Shown here piece by piece: positions 1 through 13,200 of a stretch of DNA of 64,000 nucleotides. The DNA is from Veleropilina oligotropha. Its lineage: Eukaryota. Where the stretch lies: contig JBEUKZ010000054.1 of the NCBI GenBank assembly GCA_048128005.1, forward strand, positions 682,001 to 746,000. Reading direction: 5' to 3'. The notes beneath the pieces are model-generated. The model saw only the letters and a program-made list of their open reading frames with translations. It did no database searches and had not been told where the DNA came from. The first letter of the stretch is position 1; the number at the start of each line of letters is the position of its first letter. Made by a program: the position numbers and the translations under genes.

Positions 1-97
1 CCTTAAATTCGAATATAAGGGCATAATGATATATGCTCTTAAAAACGGGACGTCTTTAAAATAAAATCCTCATTAAAAAGGGATTATTTCGTATATA

Positions 98-1718
98 TCG
101 GGTGGCCAATAAAAAACTTCCCAAACTTTAAAGGTTAACAACTTTGCAACTAACCACTATGTTGTTATTAAACTTCACACAACTCATATATATGATGTTT
201 TTAATATTTTCTGAAAATTTCTATGTCACATAATTTTTCTGCAGTCGAATAATTAAAAACAAGTCATAAACAGCAATGGCAGACATTTGTCATTTGTGAC
301 ACTGACAAGATAAACGTGCGGTGTTATGGATGGCAGCATTCAATCAATTGTCAATAGCATGTGTTTTATCTGTCTGGCATGTATGTGTTGTTAAAAATTT
401 CAGTCTTGTTCCGAATAGGCTGGAAGCTTGATGTTTGCTATCTTGGTTATATTATTATAAAATGGTATTTAATCAGAGTGATAAAACAGTTATTGAGGCA
501 TGTTTCAAGGAAAAGGGCTGGTGTGGTGCGAGGATTATAAGGGAATTCCCTGATAAAAAGTGGAATGTGCGAACGGTCAACTTCCTTATTGAGAGAATAA
601 GGACTTCAGGTTCTACCAGTAGAAAACAAGGTAGTGGAAGGCCAAGAACCGCAAATACTGAAACAAATAAGGTTTACGTGGAAGAAGCAATTGTGTCGCA
701 GTAGGACAAGCCAGGGACTCATAAGTCTCAGCGGAAAATTGCCAAAGATCTGGGAATTTCACGCTCATCAGTTCAGAACATTACTAAAGAATTGGAATTA
801 AAATCTTTCACGGCGGGATAAAACAGTCAAACAACAAAGGAAGACCCGTTCAAAAAAGTTATACAGCAAGTATTCCAAACAGGATGCGAAAAGACTTGTC
901 TTTACGGACGAGAAAGACTTCACGTATGAGGTGGCGCGTAACCGCCAAAACGATAGGGTGTACGGAAGGAAGAAAGGGGATATATCCACCACAAGACTGT
1001 ACCATGAAACATCAAGGTTTACCAAGAAAATAATGGTTTATGCAGGGGTATCGTGGAATGGGAAAACGAAGCGTCACTTTATTGATACCAAAAAAGTGAA
1101 AGTTAACTCTGAGACTTATCAAAAACTATTGGAAAAGGGACTCTTGCCTGATTGCCGTCGGCTCTATCCTGATGGAAGTTTTGTTTTCCAACAGGCTGGG
1201 GAAACTTCGCACACAAGTAGGTCTACGTAAGCCTTCTTGGATCAGTCGGTGGATGAGTTCATAAAAAAAGAGGAGTGGCCACCCCAAAGTCCAGACTTTA
1301 ACCCAATGGACTATTCCATTTGGAATAGTCTGTCAGAGAAAGTGTACGAATGACATACAGATGTGTTTAATGAATGTGAACTAAAAAAGAGGCTGAAGAA
1401 ATGCTGGGACAAAATATCTCTTAGAGAGGTTAGAAGTACGATATCAAGTTGGAAAAAAAGCAGATGGAGGCCATATTGATCACTTCTTTCAGTAAATATA
1501 AGTTAACTATGCAGCTTTTTGGACGTTGCCCTTGCAGTTTTTGACGTTTGTTTATATTTATCCGACTACAGAAGAAGTATGTGATATAGAGACTTAAACT
1601 TTCAGATTATAATAACAACATTACATGTTTTACTTGTGTGAAGTTTCATAGCAATATAGTGGTTCATTGCAAAGTTATTAACGTTTAAAATTCGGGAAGT
1701 TTTTTATTGGACACCCGA
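98..1718 (+). mobile_element. Tc1/mariner superfamily, maT-type (DD37D) DNA transposon, decayed
   Basis: Imperfect TIRs (tcgggtggccaataaaaaacttccc... / ...gggaagttttttattggacacccga) flanked by TA at 96-97 and 1719-1720, enclosing transposase remnants. Confidence 0.9.
462..1495 (+). pseudogene. DD37D transposase pseudogene
   Basis: HTH region with GSGRPRT; VFTDEKDF; FQQ(A)G where the second D is mutated, followed 37 residues later by the D of WPPQSPDFNPMD. Several stops and frameshifts (e.g. 702-704, 1228-1230). 3' end approximate. Confidence 0.85.
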
Positions 1719-2967
1719 TATAATGGCATGCGGCGGATCCAGGATTTTGAAAAGGGGGGTCCAAGTTTCATAAAATATACTATCAACTGTTTGCGTGGTG
1801 ACTGGGCCCCACGCGAGAGAATATTTTGACATTCAACAGCCTGAAACCTCCTCTCCTGCATTCTGACAGGGCAACGATATTTCTTACCAACATTTATGAA
1901 CCATTTTCACTAAAATGTATGAGTAATTTTTCATTTTCTTCACAATATAACACATTGAGTTTTTAATGGCCGAGGCAAAGGGGCACTTGGTCCCCCTCCC
2001 CCCCTTCTAGATCCAACCCGATCAGTGGGTGGGTAGGAATTAAGTCGATGATTGGCATGATGAATTTCGTTCATATTCTGATTTGGGTCAATGACCCGTG
2101 TCAGCCGAACCCACATTGTTGAAGAACAAAGTTTTGTCAATTTACTCTCTGAAAATGCCAAGACTATCGAAATAAGTTTTTGCTCGCAATTGGAATGATT
2201 GGATCTGGTGTAGCCTATGTCAGGTTGACGTCGCGAGCGCTGCACATTTAGCGTCACCCGTTTAGCTATCTCCAATCTTGTTAGACGTTACATGTTACAT
2301 GGAGCAGCTGAAGACGTCGCGTCACGACTCTGCACAAGACCGTTAATACATAAGGACGTCACACATAGTACGTCAACGCTTTTGTCAGCAACAGCAGATG
2401 TAATTAACTCAGGGACGACACAACAAAATAATAAGTGCGGCAAATCTTGCTTTTGCTTGAGTTTTGGAGATGGATGTGAACGCATAAATGTAGGTCTACC
2501 GATCGCGACGTGGAGGTGACGATGTGTAGGCTACTCGGTTTGGGGTCGGAATTAACGTCATGGTGTGGAATTTAGTCTTACCATAATTAACGTACCCTTC
2601 TGGTGTTCTTACATGGTAATCGTATACGGGAGTCGGACAGCGTTTTGTTGACGAGATCGTTAATTAGGGCTGTTGTTTTGCCATTTATCATCGATAACAG
2701 TCGAGCGCCGTACGACCCTGCAGCGAGACAACGCCATGCAGGTGCGGCCGTGCCACACAGCACGTGTGTTCAGTCGCTTCCTGCATCAGCAGAATATTCC
2801 GGTGCTTCCATGGTCATCATTGTCCCCAGATTTGTCTCCTATATAATAGACCACTGGAAAATCTGGGACGACGTGTGCGACGCTGTCAACCACAGACGTT
2901 AAATCAATTGCGGGACTTGTTATCTCAGGAATGAAGCATCATACTACAGCAAGAGATTCGGGAAATC

Positions 2968-3873
2968 ATCCGGTCCAGGCGTACATGGTGGTCACACTCG
3001 GCACTGAGTCCGTTTGTGACTTTGTTTTTCAAATCACGGTAGCCTATGTATAGGCATAATTGTTCTTTATTCCCAATACAACGTGTACATTGTACGTTAT
3101 CGGAAATATGAATTTCTGAAATCGAAAATGAAATTCCGTTTTCGGAACATAATTCTCTAATAATGATTTCGGACTTTGAAAATCGGATTATTGAAAGGCC
3201 TATCTGAATAAAAATAGCAGAAAATGAATTATTTGCATTAGCGAATATGCGCATTGTAGTACAGATATACATATTAGGGGTGGTTGGGTGGGTTGGAAAT
3301 GAGGGATGGGCCATAAAAAACGCAGTGTTTGGGGGTGGGTAATTAAAAAACTACATAACTTTTTGTAATAGCCTATTAAGAATGCAGGAGAGAACGTCCA
3401 AAAGGTTGGATTCGGTTAACATCCGGTCCAGGCGTACATGGTGGTCACACTCGGCACTGAGTCCGTTTGTGACTTTGTTTTTCAAATCACGGTAGCCTAT
3501 GTATAGGCATAATTGTTCTTTATTCCCAATACAACGTGTACATTGTACGTTATCGGAAATATGAATTTCTGAAATCGAAAATGAAATTCCGTTTTCGGAA
3601 CATAATTCTCTAATAATGATTTCGGACTTTGAAAATCGGATTATTGAAAGGCCTATCTGAATAAAAATAGCAGAAAATGAATTATTTGCATTAGCGAATA
3701 TGCGCATTGTAGTACAGATATACATATTAGGGGTGGTTGGGTGGGTTGGAAATGAGGGATGGGCCATAAAAAACGCAGTGTTTGGGGGTGGGTAATTAAA
3801 AAACTACATAACTTTTTGTAATAGCCTATTAAGAATGCAGGAGAGAACGTCCAAAAGGTTGGATTCGGTTAAC
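2968..3873. repeat. Tandem duplication, 2 x 453 bp
   Basis: atccggtccaggcgtacatgg starts at 2968 and 3421; both units end in ttcggttaac (3420, 3873). Confidence 0.95.
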
Positions 3874-5165
3874 CTACTAAACTTCTTTCTCAAGCTTCTG
3901 CAATTGATATGCATAGCACTAAAATTTCGGTGAACGTTGCTCTTTGTTAAATTTTTAAATTCTTCTTCGATCAAATATTTTGAGTGCAAGTTGTTTACTG
4001 CAGAATTTAAATAATTAGTATCTGGATCAATATCTGGACAATTTATTATAAACTTATCATTATTAATGTCGGTAAATGGATTGAAATATAAGTCATTCAT
4101 ATATAATTTGTTTGTGCATTTTCCACCTTCGTTATTTTCAAGAAGAGCAATGGAAAACTCTGTTTCATCTTCAATATTAATAAAAGGCAGCGTTTCAGAT
4201 AAGCATTTGGCACATAAAAAGAAAGGATCATTTGCACTAGAAGAGCATTTGCTATGAATAAGAAAATGACATTCAACACAAGAAATAGAATTGTGATTTT
4301 TCTTACATTATTATAGCATAATTGACATTTGTTATTGGCAGTATTTGCCACAGTGAAGGGAAAAAGTTAACTAAGAGAGAGGTTAAATTAAATAACGTAG
4401 AAATGTTGAAAAATGGATTTAGATGAATAAAATATCATCGTATGACATAATATATACAGGGGCAAGATATACACATGATTTTTTCTATGTCTGAAAAATA
4501 AATAATAATACAGTAAGGATAATCAAGTTTGATTTAAATAATTTAAAGATGATTAGTGTACATACAGACACTACTTTTGTTAGACAATATTTACTAAATT
4601 CTGTGCAACATATAAAATATGGATATTAATTATACGGTAAAAAAATAATGTATATTATACACAACGTAAGACATTATTCATTGTCTTGAGAAAATAGTGT
4701 AATAAACTAATAATGTAAGAAATTATTTACAGGCGTTGAAAGCATCACCTATGTTGCAACTAATGTGAAGGCGGCATGTCTTCCCATTGTGGGACACGGC
4801 GATGATTTTGCCATTTACAAACCAAGCGCTCTCCACCTGGTCATGGTTTCGTGCTCGGTTCAGCAGTGTGACATTCGCGAGCGTCATGTCGTCGACCACG
4901 CTGATTTGTGTGCCTTTCAGTTTCTTTTGTTTTTCATAATGTTTTCCTTTGTTATGCGATATAAAAGGCGCACAATAACGTCTCTTGGTTTTCCAGTTGA
5001 GCTTGTTATGTCGACGCCAAGGTGTTCTTTGAAGACAATTAACACTTTTTCTCTGCAGTTTTCATCTGCTTGTTCCGCAAGACCGAAGACCCTTATACAC
5101 TGTTTTCGCGAGTATTGTTCGAGGTCGTTGCATTGTACTTTAAGACATTTTCGATGAACTGGCGG
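3874..5165 (-). mobile_element. 5' fragment of a CR1/L2-like LINE (ORF1 remnant, PHD finger, start of APE endonuclease)
   Basis: ORF1-like NDLEQYSRKQCIRVFGL...DVIVRL (4917-5160); frameshifted Cys/His PHD-like segment (about 4190-4340); NPF...DIDPD...FSAMHINCRSL, typical of the start of the ORF2 endonuclease (3874-4100), cut off at the 453-bp duplication. Confidence 0.75.
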
Positions 5166-5169
5166 TATG

Positions 5170-5873
5170 TATAGGTTACTAACCGAGTTGGAGGTATTCA
5201 TCGATGTGAAAGACCTGCGCCCGTGCGGTTCGTGACACCGAGACCGCGGAGCGGTCGAGGTGTTACAGCACGGAAGCAGGTCTTTCAAATAGATGAATAC
5301 CGACTAACGAGGTTTGTAACCGACTTACACAACGGCCAATTAGAGCTCCTTTGTTGTCAATTTAGCTTGTGATCAGCTTTAGCCGTCTTGCACGGACGCA
5401 GGTCGGTATAGAGTGAAAAGTAGGTTGGTATGGCTATACCACCCTACTTTTGAATCGTCACGCTGAACAAGGTGTTCACGCTGAATACCAACCTCTTCAA
5501 AACAAAAGAGCCGTTGTGTAAGTATAGGTTACTAACCGAGTTTGAGGTATTCATCGATTTGAAAGACCTGCGCCCGTGCGGATCGTGACACCGAGACCGC
5601 GGAGCGGTCGATGTGTTACAGCACGGAAGCAGGTCTTTCAAATAGATGAATACCGACTAACGAGGTTTGTAACCGACTTACACAACGGCCAATTATAGCT
5701 CCTTTGTTGTCAATTTAGCTTGTGATCAGCTTTAGCCGTCTTGCACGGACGCAGGTCGGTATAGAGTGAAAAGTAGGTTGGTATGGCTATACCGCCCTAC
5801 TTTTGAATCGTCATTGAAAACAAGGTGTTCACGCTGCATACCAACCTCGTTAAAACAAAAGAGCCGTTGTGTA
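5170..5873. repeat. Tandem duplication, 2 x about 353 bp
   Basis: tataggttactaaccgagtt at 5170 and 5523; both units end in aaaagagccgttgtgtaa. Confidence 0.9.
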
Positions 5874-6012
5874 ACTTTGAGATACAGTATCAAATATGAT
5901 TTTGGAACTATTGAGATGTTTCTGGTATCAAATGAATGCGTGGATAGTGTAGAATGGTAGAAACCTATTTATTCATGCATATAAGGTGTTATGTACTCTT
6001 ATTTTCTATATA

Positions 6013-6757
6013 CTCAGCCAAAAAAGAAACGCACATCCTACTTCGGCAGCGCAGTGGGTAGAGTGTCACTCTAAATTCACTGGCTTGATACCGCTAATGC
6101 GAACAGTAGTAGGTTGAATACCTGGCTGAGGCATTGAAATTTGTTCAAGTTATGAATCACAGTTGTCCGTGACTGGCCGAAGAGGGCGGGTTTGCCCGGG
6201 CGACCGGGGTTTCCTCCCGCGTTAACACGGGCATGTCCTGCCTTGAACCTCGATGTTGTAAATATACAGGACATTAAGCATCATTCCTCCCCTCCTCCTC
6301 CTACTTTTAAAAAATTTCACTAGGTTAACAATTTGCCAAAACTTAGTGCAAAAAAACATTTTTGAGACACTAACCTTCTTTCGTCCAATAAGGAAATAAA
6401 TATAAGATAATTTTTTCCGACTAAGAAATCGCCGCACAACATTAAAATTAGCAAAGGTACCAACCAGTCCACCAACTGCTTCAAGATATGTTGAGAGGTT
6501 TATGAGATACGCTCCGGAAATGATAATTTGCACGGGTGAACTGCCGCGCGCACGCACGGACGGTTTGCATTTTAATATTCCCCGCAAAATGTTTCGGGGA
6601 GGGGAAAATTATCTTTAATTTAATTCATTAATGAAGGAAAGAAAATTATTGTCTCAGAAATGTTTTTTTGTGTTAAATTTGTATCTTTTGTATTAAAACT
6701 GTTAACATATTGAAATTATCTACACGTAGCAGTGTGTGCGTTTCTTTTTTGGTTGAG
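6013..6757. mobile_element. MITE (Tc1/mariner-type non-autonomous element)
   Basis: TIRs ctcagccaaaaaagaaacgcaca / tgtgcgtttcttttttggttgag with TA on both sides; no credible ORF. A related uninterrupted copy of the flanking repeat lies at about 8096-8256. Confidence 0.85.
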
Positions 6758-7419
6758 TATATATATAACTTGTACAAGCTGAAATATTGTAGTCGCTTCC
6801 ACATTAAAATGACCAAGAAATTCCGCGGAATTATATGTCTCGCCCATCCCCGCTTACTTTGAAAAGGGCCACATTTTCAGTTCAAGCTAAGAATTCAGAA
6901 GTACTACCTATGCAGAGCTGATCGTAATATAGTTATTGTATGACCAAAGTTTCAGAAAAACACCCTTGATCAGTGGAGGACGGTGATATTAGACACTGGA
7001 TACAGTCTGTTCTTGTTATGGCAATATATATATACTGCCATCTCAAGATACCCATGGAATAAACCAATGGGGAAGCCAGTTTTAAAATCCATCTGATTTT
7101 TATAATCCCAGCTTCTCAGAGTGACCATTAAGCTTAACAGCTTACTGTGCCTATCGGCAGTGAGCAAGTCTTACAGATAAGCATATGTCCGTTTCATCAT
7201 ACAAACATAATACTTACATAACTATAACTGCTTCTTATATATCCTCAATATTTCAAGGCATAATTAAACTTTTCAGAATAACTTCTATAGTGTGTAAGCA
7301 TAACAAAAATGAATCATGTAACTTCTTCAAAAAAATTGGGGGGGGGGGTGAGCATGAGGGGTGTATGTGAGGGGGGACAAATCGGAAGGATTCACATGTA
7401 TGTGCATCTATCAGCCCAT

Positions 7420-7850
7420 ACACTTATGAAACATCTATGGCCTAAGTTTTATTGATCTAGAACACATACCTTTTGAGAAACAAAGCTAAACGAAAAAACT
7501 TAATGTAAAAACTTAACACAGATTACTATGCTGACAAAGTCACGGTACATAAAATCTAGGTTATATATCAAGCATCCGAAGCATTCATTAAACAACAGTA
7601 CCCATGAAGCATCTATGGTCCAAGTTATGTTGATCTAGAACTTATACTTTGTGAGAAACAGATCTATACGCAAAAACTTAACACAGATTACTATGATGAT
7701 AAAGTCACGGTATATAAAATCTAGGTTATATATCAAGCATCCGAAGAATTCATTAAACAACAGTACCCATAAAGCATCTGTGGTCCAAGTTATGTTGATC
7801 TAGAACTTGTACTCTTTGAGAAAAAGAGCTAAATGCAAAACATTAACAAT
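7420..7850. repeat. Degenerate tandem repeat (about 165-180 bp units)
   Basis: catct(a/g)tgg..caagttatgttgatctagaac-like blocks recur three times and the aacacagattactatg...catccgaag block twice. Confidence 0.7.
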
Positions 7851-9234
7851 TGTTGACGACGCCGTCGTCGTTGCCGACAGAAAAGCAATACATATAGTCT
7901 CTTTCCCTACGGGCGAGACAAAACCTGGGGTACCGCTATTCAACTCCAATCCAGAAAAATCATGGTGTCGGGGGGGGGGGGGGGATATATGTGGAGGATG
8001 GGGTGCACTTACACCATAGCTGGTCCTTTCACTACAAAATCAATAATATATTTAATATTGGCATCGGTTGTCCATTTTTGATGAACCGGCGGTATCTTTG
8101 AGATGCTGTATCAAATAGTATTTGAGAGCTATGTGGATGTTTCTTGTATCAAATGAAACCTGGGATAATGTAGAATGCTAAAAAATTATTTATTCGTGTA
8201 TTTCGGGGGTTATGTACTCTTATTTTATATATATAACTTGTAAAATATGAAACATTTTGGTCGATTCAGCTACAATGAAAAAGGGGGTGGGATACTGCCA
8301 TTCAACCACAGTTTTAGCAACCAATAATCCATTAAATCTGCAATATGAATATTTTATAATGGTCAGTAGTTGACCAGCTTTCTTTTGTTGTATAAAGTTT
8401 TGCTATGGAGCAATATTAACCACTTTAGAACAAGAGTGTTGAATATCGATTTTTTCGTCGATGATCAAATATGGCTCCCAAATGGATAGTGCGTCCCAGT
8501 TTATTCAATGTTACCACTTGATTTCCACCTCAAGGGACCCCAATTGTCCATAAAATCACGGGGTCGGAGGGTTGTGGGGGGATGCAGATAAACCATACCT
8601 GGCCCATGGCCTACAGAAAATGGACTTATAGCTGTCTACTGACCTCGACTGCGATTTATAGTAGGGGATCCAAGATTTATATTAGGGGATCCAAGAAGCG
8701 TATTTGTTTATTAACATGGCACCGCCTCCTATACTTTCAAACCTTGTTTTTTTGTTAGAATGATACCCCAGAAGATATATTCAAGAGGTCTGCTCGGCCG
8801 GTTGGATTTCGAAAAAAAATTATTAGGTGAAAGGTAATATGACGTGTGACCCAAAGTTTGCAAAAATGATAAAATCTTTAGTTATCACATTTATGGAATA
8901 AATATGTCAAAATTGTAGTATATGGCTAATTTTTGGTGGACATTACGTTTACTGAATATATGCAACAAATAATAATGAGTTCCAAGACAGGGTACCTGGA
9001 AAAATAACCATTAATTGCAATTTTGGGTCTGAAATTGACACAAATGTCCCTCATTTTACCGCAAAGCTATGGGTAAAAGTCTTTTCTCTTCAATAGTTGT
9101 ATCAAAATTAACGAAAATTCAAAATGGTCGCCATGAAATAATGAAAATATTCTTGATCTCATATATTTGCAGACAGATACGATAGATGCGTGAATAATAT
9201 GTCGCTTTATGTTTTCAGATAAACGTACGGAAGG

Positions 9235-9418
9235 AGCAGCAGGGGGGGGTGACCATACCTTTTATGTGGGGGCGCGGCGAGGGAAATTAAGGCTCCCAGC
9301 ACTTTTTCAGAATTAATATGGATCTCAACTCAGCAGCAGGGGGGGTGAGTGTACTTTTTAGAATGGGAAAATACAGCGCCCAGCACCATTTCAGAACCGA
9401 GCTGGTATTACTGTGGGG
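9235..9418 (+). repeat. Left TIR of element A
   Basis: About 115 bp near-perfect reverse complement of 25040-25150, then a degenerate match extending to gctggtattactg. Confidence 0.92.
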
Positions 9419-9423
9419 ATGAA

Positions 9424-9574
9424 TGCACCTTTTCCGACCCAACGTAGACTATATAGAGCCCCCGGGGACGGCCCACTACCCGAGCCGGCCCGGGCTCCTG
9501 CACCTTTTCCGACCCAACGTAGACTATATAGAGCCCCCGGGGACGGCCCACTACCCGAGCCGGCCCGGGCTCCT
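9424..9574 (+). repeat. Subterminal 75-bp perfect tandem duplication
   Basis: tgcaccttttccgacccaacg...cgggctcc starts at 9424 and 9499. Confidence 0.95.
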
Positions 9575-9654
9575 CAGTTATGCGAGCAGTAGCAGGGGGG
9601 GTGATTGGACTTTTTAGAATGGCAAAATAGCAGCCCGGCGAAGGCTACAGGACA

Positions 9655-9878
9655 TCACTGAGGGCCCGCCAGCGTTTGATTTCGTACAACTCCCTTTCTA
9701 CCGTCTTTGGTCTTCTTCTTATATATCGCTTGTTCACCATCGTCGAGTACAACGATCAAAACGTTATAGCCCCGGTTTAAGAGGTTTTTAATGCGCCTGA
9801 AGCTCCGTTCGCTGTACAGCGTAGGAATGTCTTCCTGCGGCATGTTGATTTCAAGTATAACTACACAGCGTCTAACAT
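9655..9878 (-). pseudogene. Small basic hypothetical protein (A), 2-nt insertion just after the ATG
   Basis: Homologous to 27769-27990 (VILE.NMPQ...LL..GY.VLIV.LD.GEQA..KKK). ctacacagcg in A versus ctacagcg in B shifts the frame. Confidence 0.55.
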
Positions 9879-9991
9879 GCCGATATAGTAGTATGTAGTA
9901 AGAGCCCGTAGGGACGGCCCACAACCCTCGCCGGCCCGGGCTCTCTTTTAGACATACCCATCGGACGGGTATATCCAATGCAAAGGATACG

Positions 9992-10267
9992 ATGTGGGGA
10001 ACGGACACCTGTCAATGGCTCACCATCAGCTCCACGGAGCTATGTGGTAAGAGATGTCTGAACACGTATTGCAAAGTCCACCTGGCTCGGCTACGGCGAA
10101 ATGGCTGGGGCACAAAGCCCTGCATCAAATGCGGCAAAGGCGTCTTTAACCGGTTTACGTTGTGCCGGGGTTGTGGGTATCGGAATGAAGACGTTAAGGA
10201 CTGGCAACGAAAGAAAAGGGCCTTCCAGAGAGAGTTTCGCCGCATGGCTGCAATCTACCACACGTAA
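9992..10267 (+). CDS. Small Cys/His-rich putative zinc-finger protein (A)
   Basis: MWGT-x-C...CG-x2-C-x3-CK-x-H...C-x2-CG...C-x2-C pattern, conserved with 28136-28417. Confidence 0.7.
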   Translation: MWGTDTCQWLTISSTELCGKRCLNTYCKVHLARLRRNGWGTKPCIKCGKGVFNRFTLCRGCGYRNEDVKDWQRKKRAFQREFRRMAAIYHT

Positions 10268-10282
10268 TTTCCTATTAGAGAA

Positions 10283-13200
10283 ATGATTTGGCGTAGTGTG
10301 TACCCCCCCAGCAACATGGATGACCTGCGCAATCTAGCGAAAGATTATGGGATTCCCGCTCGGTCGAAGCTCAAGAAGCACGACCTCGTCAGGGCAATCG
10401 CCAGGGTCCGTGCTGCGGAGTTTCGGAGCAGACTCGAGCGGGCGATGAAAACGGGAAGGTTCCCCTCCATACGTGGAGATGTGGAGAACCCCCACAAAAG
10501 AGGCCGACGTGCTCGCGAGTTGCGGCAGATTAAGGACGAGGTCGACGCCGCCCTGCAGGCTCGTAAATACGAATCCCAGGCTGAGAAAAATCCCAGGATT
10601 CGACTGAAGCCACTTCGCGCCATCACGGATCGAATCGTCAAGCGGTCTCGGAAAGAGACCCTTGCCCATGCTATTGCTCGGAAGGGGCCCGATCTTCTCA
10701 TCTCCAAAACACCCCGGACAGCCCAGGACTACCAGAAGGATCTTCTAGGGCAATTTACCACACCCGAGGGACAACGATTCATCGACCTGGATGACCAGGT
10801 CCCTCCCCCAGTAAGGCTCCCAGCAAAAGAGCCATGGGTGGAACTCTTGAGCGACGCCAAAGACGAGTTTGAGGTCGATGGCGCCGCGGCGGCTTTCTCC
10901 ACATGGAGGGTAGAAGTGGACATTAAGATCGCACCGGCCCTGGATGCCCGTATGACAGATGCAAGGGCGGCACAGCTCCTCACAGCCCTTCCAAAGGGCG
11001 AGTATGTCCTTAGAATAAAGTTCTTGCGTGAGTGGAGTGAGGGCGACTGGGTGGTCGAAGACAAGTTTGACCCGGTGAAAGCTGCGAGAAAGAAGGGCCA
11101 GGGTGTCTTTGAGATCTCTCAGGACACTAAGCCGGGTGCTATCACTGGGGTCGACAAAGTATATTACGAGAACGCCTACCCGGTCACTGCAGTCGTCTAC
11201 GGCGTCTATCCTCTCAGAGAACCAAACCCCGCCAATCTGGTTCCGATGAAGAACGGCGACCTCAACTGCGTTTCCCAACGAGTGGTTGAGCACTTCGAAG
11301 GTGCCCTTAGAGGACACGGACTCACCCCGACAAGGCGGCAGAAAATACTGGAGTGGGAAGAGCGAGTCCATGTAACAGGCGCCACTGTGGATGATATATC
11401 CATCCTCGAGAAGATACTGAAGCGGGCGATTGTCTTGAGAGACATCGCCGGCGAGGACGTCTTCAACAGCGGAAAATACCAGGCCAGTATGTGGAAGTCC
11501 ATAGAACTCATCTGTCACAACGGCCACGCATGGTCGAAGGACCTACACTTTCCGCAGTCTCGCGAGGTCCACCTGTATGAGGGCGATGTCTGGGAAGCTA
11601 TTCGACAAGCCACACAGAACGAGCCATTGGCTGTCTGGCTCCTAGGCGGTACAGACCGACAGCTCAACGTGAACCAGTTCGTGCTTCAGGACGGCCGCAC
11701 GTACAGGACAAAAGATGATCACGAGAGACTCCAAGAAGCCTGTACAGCGCTGGGGAATGAGTCCCTAGCCGATCGAGCCTTTGGCGTGAACCATGCAGCT
11801 AGCATTATGGCCAAAGAGACCAACGGCTGGAAACCGACCCCAGCGGGCCTGCTCGATGACATCCAGAAGGCCTGTGTAGAGCATGGCCACGGCGGCCTGT
11901 GGAATTCCATGAATTACGACACGGGCGATGTCTGCTGCATCGATATGAAATCCTGCTACCCTGCAAGCTTTCTGGGGAAGGGCGAGGCTAAGCCCTATTT
12001 CGAAAGATTCGGACACCCACTCCACAGCATGACCCGGGTCACAATTAACGGTCCTCTACCCCAAGATATCGGGACCGGGTTTGCTGAGGTCGTGGAATGG
12101 GAGTTCGCACAAGACATCCACCCCGTCATTGTAGCATGGTTCGGAAAGCACTTTGCAGAGAATGGATGGGCACCCACCCCGCTGCTCGCCTTCCTCGTAG
12201 ACTCTGGACTGCTAAAAAGCCTCAAGATCCGAGAGGCCATCATCGCGTTCAAAAACCAGACCGATGTCTGGCTTCCGGAGAATCGTGACCAGGGCTGCAG
12301 CATTATCGGCAAATTCACCCAAGGCGCCAAAGCCGATGGCAAAAGATTGACTCGTAGACTGGTGACCGACCAGGGTGAGCTCGACTTCCTCGTAAGAGAC
12401 ACCCGCCAAAGCGGCACCCTGGTTGGCGCTCCTCAGAGATGCCCCCTCGGTCACATCCTCACGTACTATGATGGCTCCCAGCCTCAGTACGCCCACCTGA
12501 GGGCATCCATGTTGGCCTATGCACACATAAACCTCTTGAGCATGCTGAAGCGTTTCAGTGCAGCAGAAGCCGTCCGGGTAGCCACGGACAGCATCTACCT
12601 CAAGAAGGCCTCGTTGGAGAAGCTCGACGATGTCACGGTGTACGTTGCCCCCAGACTCTGCGGCTGTGGCGAGAAATCGTGCATCTCATGTCTGATCGCG
12701 GAGCCGTACCTTCCGCCAGTAGCACCAGCCCAGTGGCGTGACAAGGGCGAACAGCTGTATATGCCACAGGAACATGCCGCATACCTACCCAAGCCAGAGT
12801 ATTGTTGTGCCGCCAATTCCAGCCAGCCGAGCACCGCGCCATGCTACAATGACACACTGACCCACCATCGCCTGAGTTACCTCAATGGTGGAGGGGGCTG
12901 TGGCAAGACTACGAGAGCGATCAAGCTCTTTCGGGCAAGGAATCCCGTTGTGTTCACACCAACCCACCGCCTCGCTAAAGAGATGCGAACCAGAGGCGTC
13001 AAAGCCCAGACCTACCACAGCTTCTTCCGATGGAGCGGCCAGAACGACTGGACGCCTGATCGCATGGGTCAGAAGTTCATCCCGCGCGTCATTATCTGGA
13101 ACGAGGTCTGTACTGTTCCCCGGCACATCCTAGAGATGTTCTTGGACTGGCTGGGCCGCCACGAAGTGCAGGTTATCTGCTGTGGTGATCAAGGCCAGCC

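Noticed and set aside
2925..3767. Duplicated 129/138-aa ORFs
   Set aside because: They arise from the 453-bp tandem duplication and show no recognisable protein features.
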